Positions 62,601-64,000 of a stretch of 64,000 nt of DNA are shown here, one piece after another. Position 1 is the stretch's first letter; each line of letters starts with the position of its first letter. The notes beneath the pieces were generated by a model that worked only from the letters and a program-made list of their open reading frames with translations, was not told the DNA's origin and made no database searches. Both the position numbers and the translations under genes were made by a program. Source of the stretch: Dipteris shenzhenensis (taxonomy: Eukaryota); assembly GCA_047967505.1 (NCBI GenBank), contig CM106538.1. One strand, given 5' to 3'.

Positions 62601-64000
62601 TGGGATCTTCTCCTTCGAAGCACCAAAAGACATGTGTCCTGTCTTCCAATAGCTGACTGCATCACTCTTTCTCAACCATGGTCTCCCGAGTATGGCTGGG
62701 TAACTTCTGCCTATATCTTCAATGTCCACTACATAGAAATTGACAGTGGTGGTCAACCCATTGACAATGATGGGCAAATCCTCAATGACTCCCATGGTGG
62801 CGAGTCGTCGACCATCTGCTACCTTGATTCGAGTGGAAAAACGCCTTGTACATTTCAAATTCAATTTCTTCATGATTCGGGGCACCATGATATTACATGC
62901 GGCTCCCCCATCAACACACACATTTTTGACACGGCAATTATCTATGATGACATCTACTGTATGTGGGTGCCGATCAATTTCTTCAGAGATAGAAGATACC
63001 TCTCGTACCTTTCCCTTTTTCTTGCTCTTCCTTGTTGAGAGACCTTGCTGCAGCTCACGTCTCACCTTAGGGCTTAATGCTATTAGTTGAGGGAGTGTGA
63101 TGCTCAAAGACCGCCGATGAGCAAGGTCCTGAACGACCGAATAGTCCTCTTGCCCTGAGCTGATGGGAAAATCTGAGGGTGACCACTTACTTCTGCGAGA
63201 TCTTTTAGTCTTCTCTATTGGTGGGTCTGCCATCTCAGCATCTGAGGGCTCTGAGAAGGACACCTTCTTCCTGGGGCGGCCCGGTCCATGGTTTGGAGAG
63301 GGGTCCGAGGTGGCACGACTTCTTTTCCCAAGGTCAAGAATCTCTACATCAAAATCCTCAGTGCCCGACTCACTTAGAAGATTGACCCTTGGAATATTGG
63401 GACATTTTGTGTGATAATGACCCTTCTGGTGGCACTCGTAGCATACAACATTAGCACGGTCTCTTGGAGGGCGGTTGGCTTGATTTTTGATGCCCACCAT
63501 CTCAAGCCGAAGATCATTCAGGGCCTTGGCTAGGTCATTGACTCCAGGTTCTGTTGCAGGGGGGGCCTCTTTAGTTGGAGGGGCCACGGGAGTAGAGAGG
63601 AGGGGGGCTCGTGGGCGAGGCTGGGGAAATCTTCGAGGCGGAGGGTGAGGATATCCACCTTGTTGAGGGTAAGCATCTAAGGGAGGACCATACATTTGAG
63701 GTGGAGGCGGTGGATACATCCCTGATGAGGGGTGGGGGTATGACCCTGAGTTAGACCCCCCAGGTTGTTGTTTCAGGAATTGAGGGGGATGCGGAGGGAC
63801 AATCGTCTTCTTTGAAGCGGGGTCAGACTGAACTTTATCAAACTTTTGAGCAATCTCATGTGCTAGCACCATAGTTTCTGGATTCTCCCATTTAAGCTTG
63901 AGGCGGAATTCATCACTCGCTCCTGCTACAAGGTAGCCCAGCACATGCTGAGTCGGCTCGAAATCCGGCATTGTCCTCCTGTGTGGCAATCAAACGGTCC
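59663..64000 (-). mobile_element. Ty3/Gypsy (non-chromovirus, Athila/Tat-like) gag-pol, nearly intact with a few frameshifts; continues past the window
   Basis: Knuckle CYECHQKGHYHTKC, protease VDGGAACNIM..ILGRPWL, RT WVSPVVV..DGYSGFYQI..VFLDDF, RNase H, and integrase HDGFCGGH..WGIDFVGP..IVSDHG..WAGPYKV. Domain order is PR-RT-RH-INT. Confidence 0.97.

Overview
Repeat-dense, eukaryotic, land-plant-like window. The Copia gag type, (CT)n tracts and short GT-AG introns suggest a fern, which is inference only. It is almost entirely a nest of decayed transposable elements: several Ty1/Copia elements (one family present as four pieces), an Athila/Tat-like Ty3/Gypsy element, three copies of a non-autonomous gag+protease Gypsy derivative, a hAT MITE with an 8-bp TSD, a truncated LINE-like insert and a probable Helitron end. 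There is a 100-N gap at 54255-54354. The only clearly intact host-type gene is a two-exon, 85-aa secreted 8-Cys peptide (12662-13061), with a near-perfect 151-bp tandem array in its promoter. The main discovery candidate is a DNA-transposon family with CATTA termini (ends at 16654, 30856 and 47044). All three copies carry a spliced BAH-domain-like gene that is conserved at the protein level. The longest copy also carries a transposase-like gene and a divergent histone H3. The H3 tail keeps the K4 and K36 positions but has lost the K9 and K27 positions, which suggests a TE-encoded chromatin or anti-silencing module. A second unexplained ~5-kb unit (35890-40950) has a kinase N-lobe ORF between two different hairpin-repeat arrays, one showing stem covariation. 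All protein-family calls are by-eye motif recognition; no searches were run.
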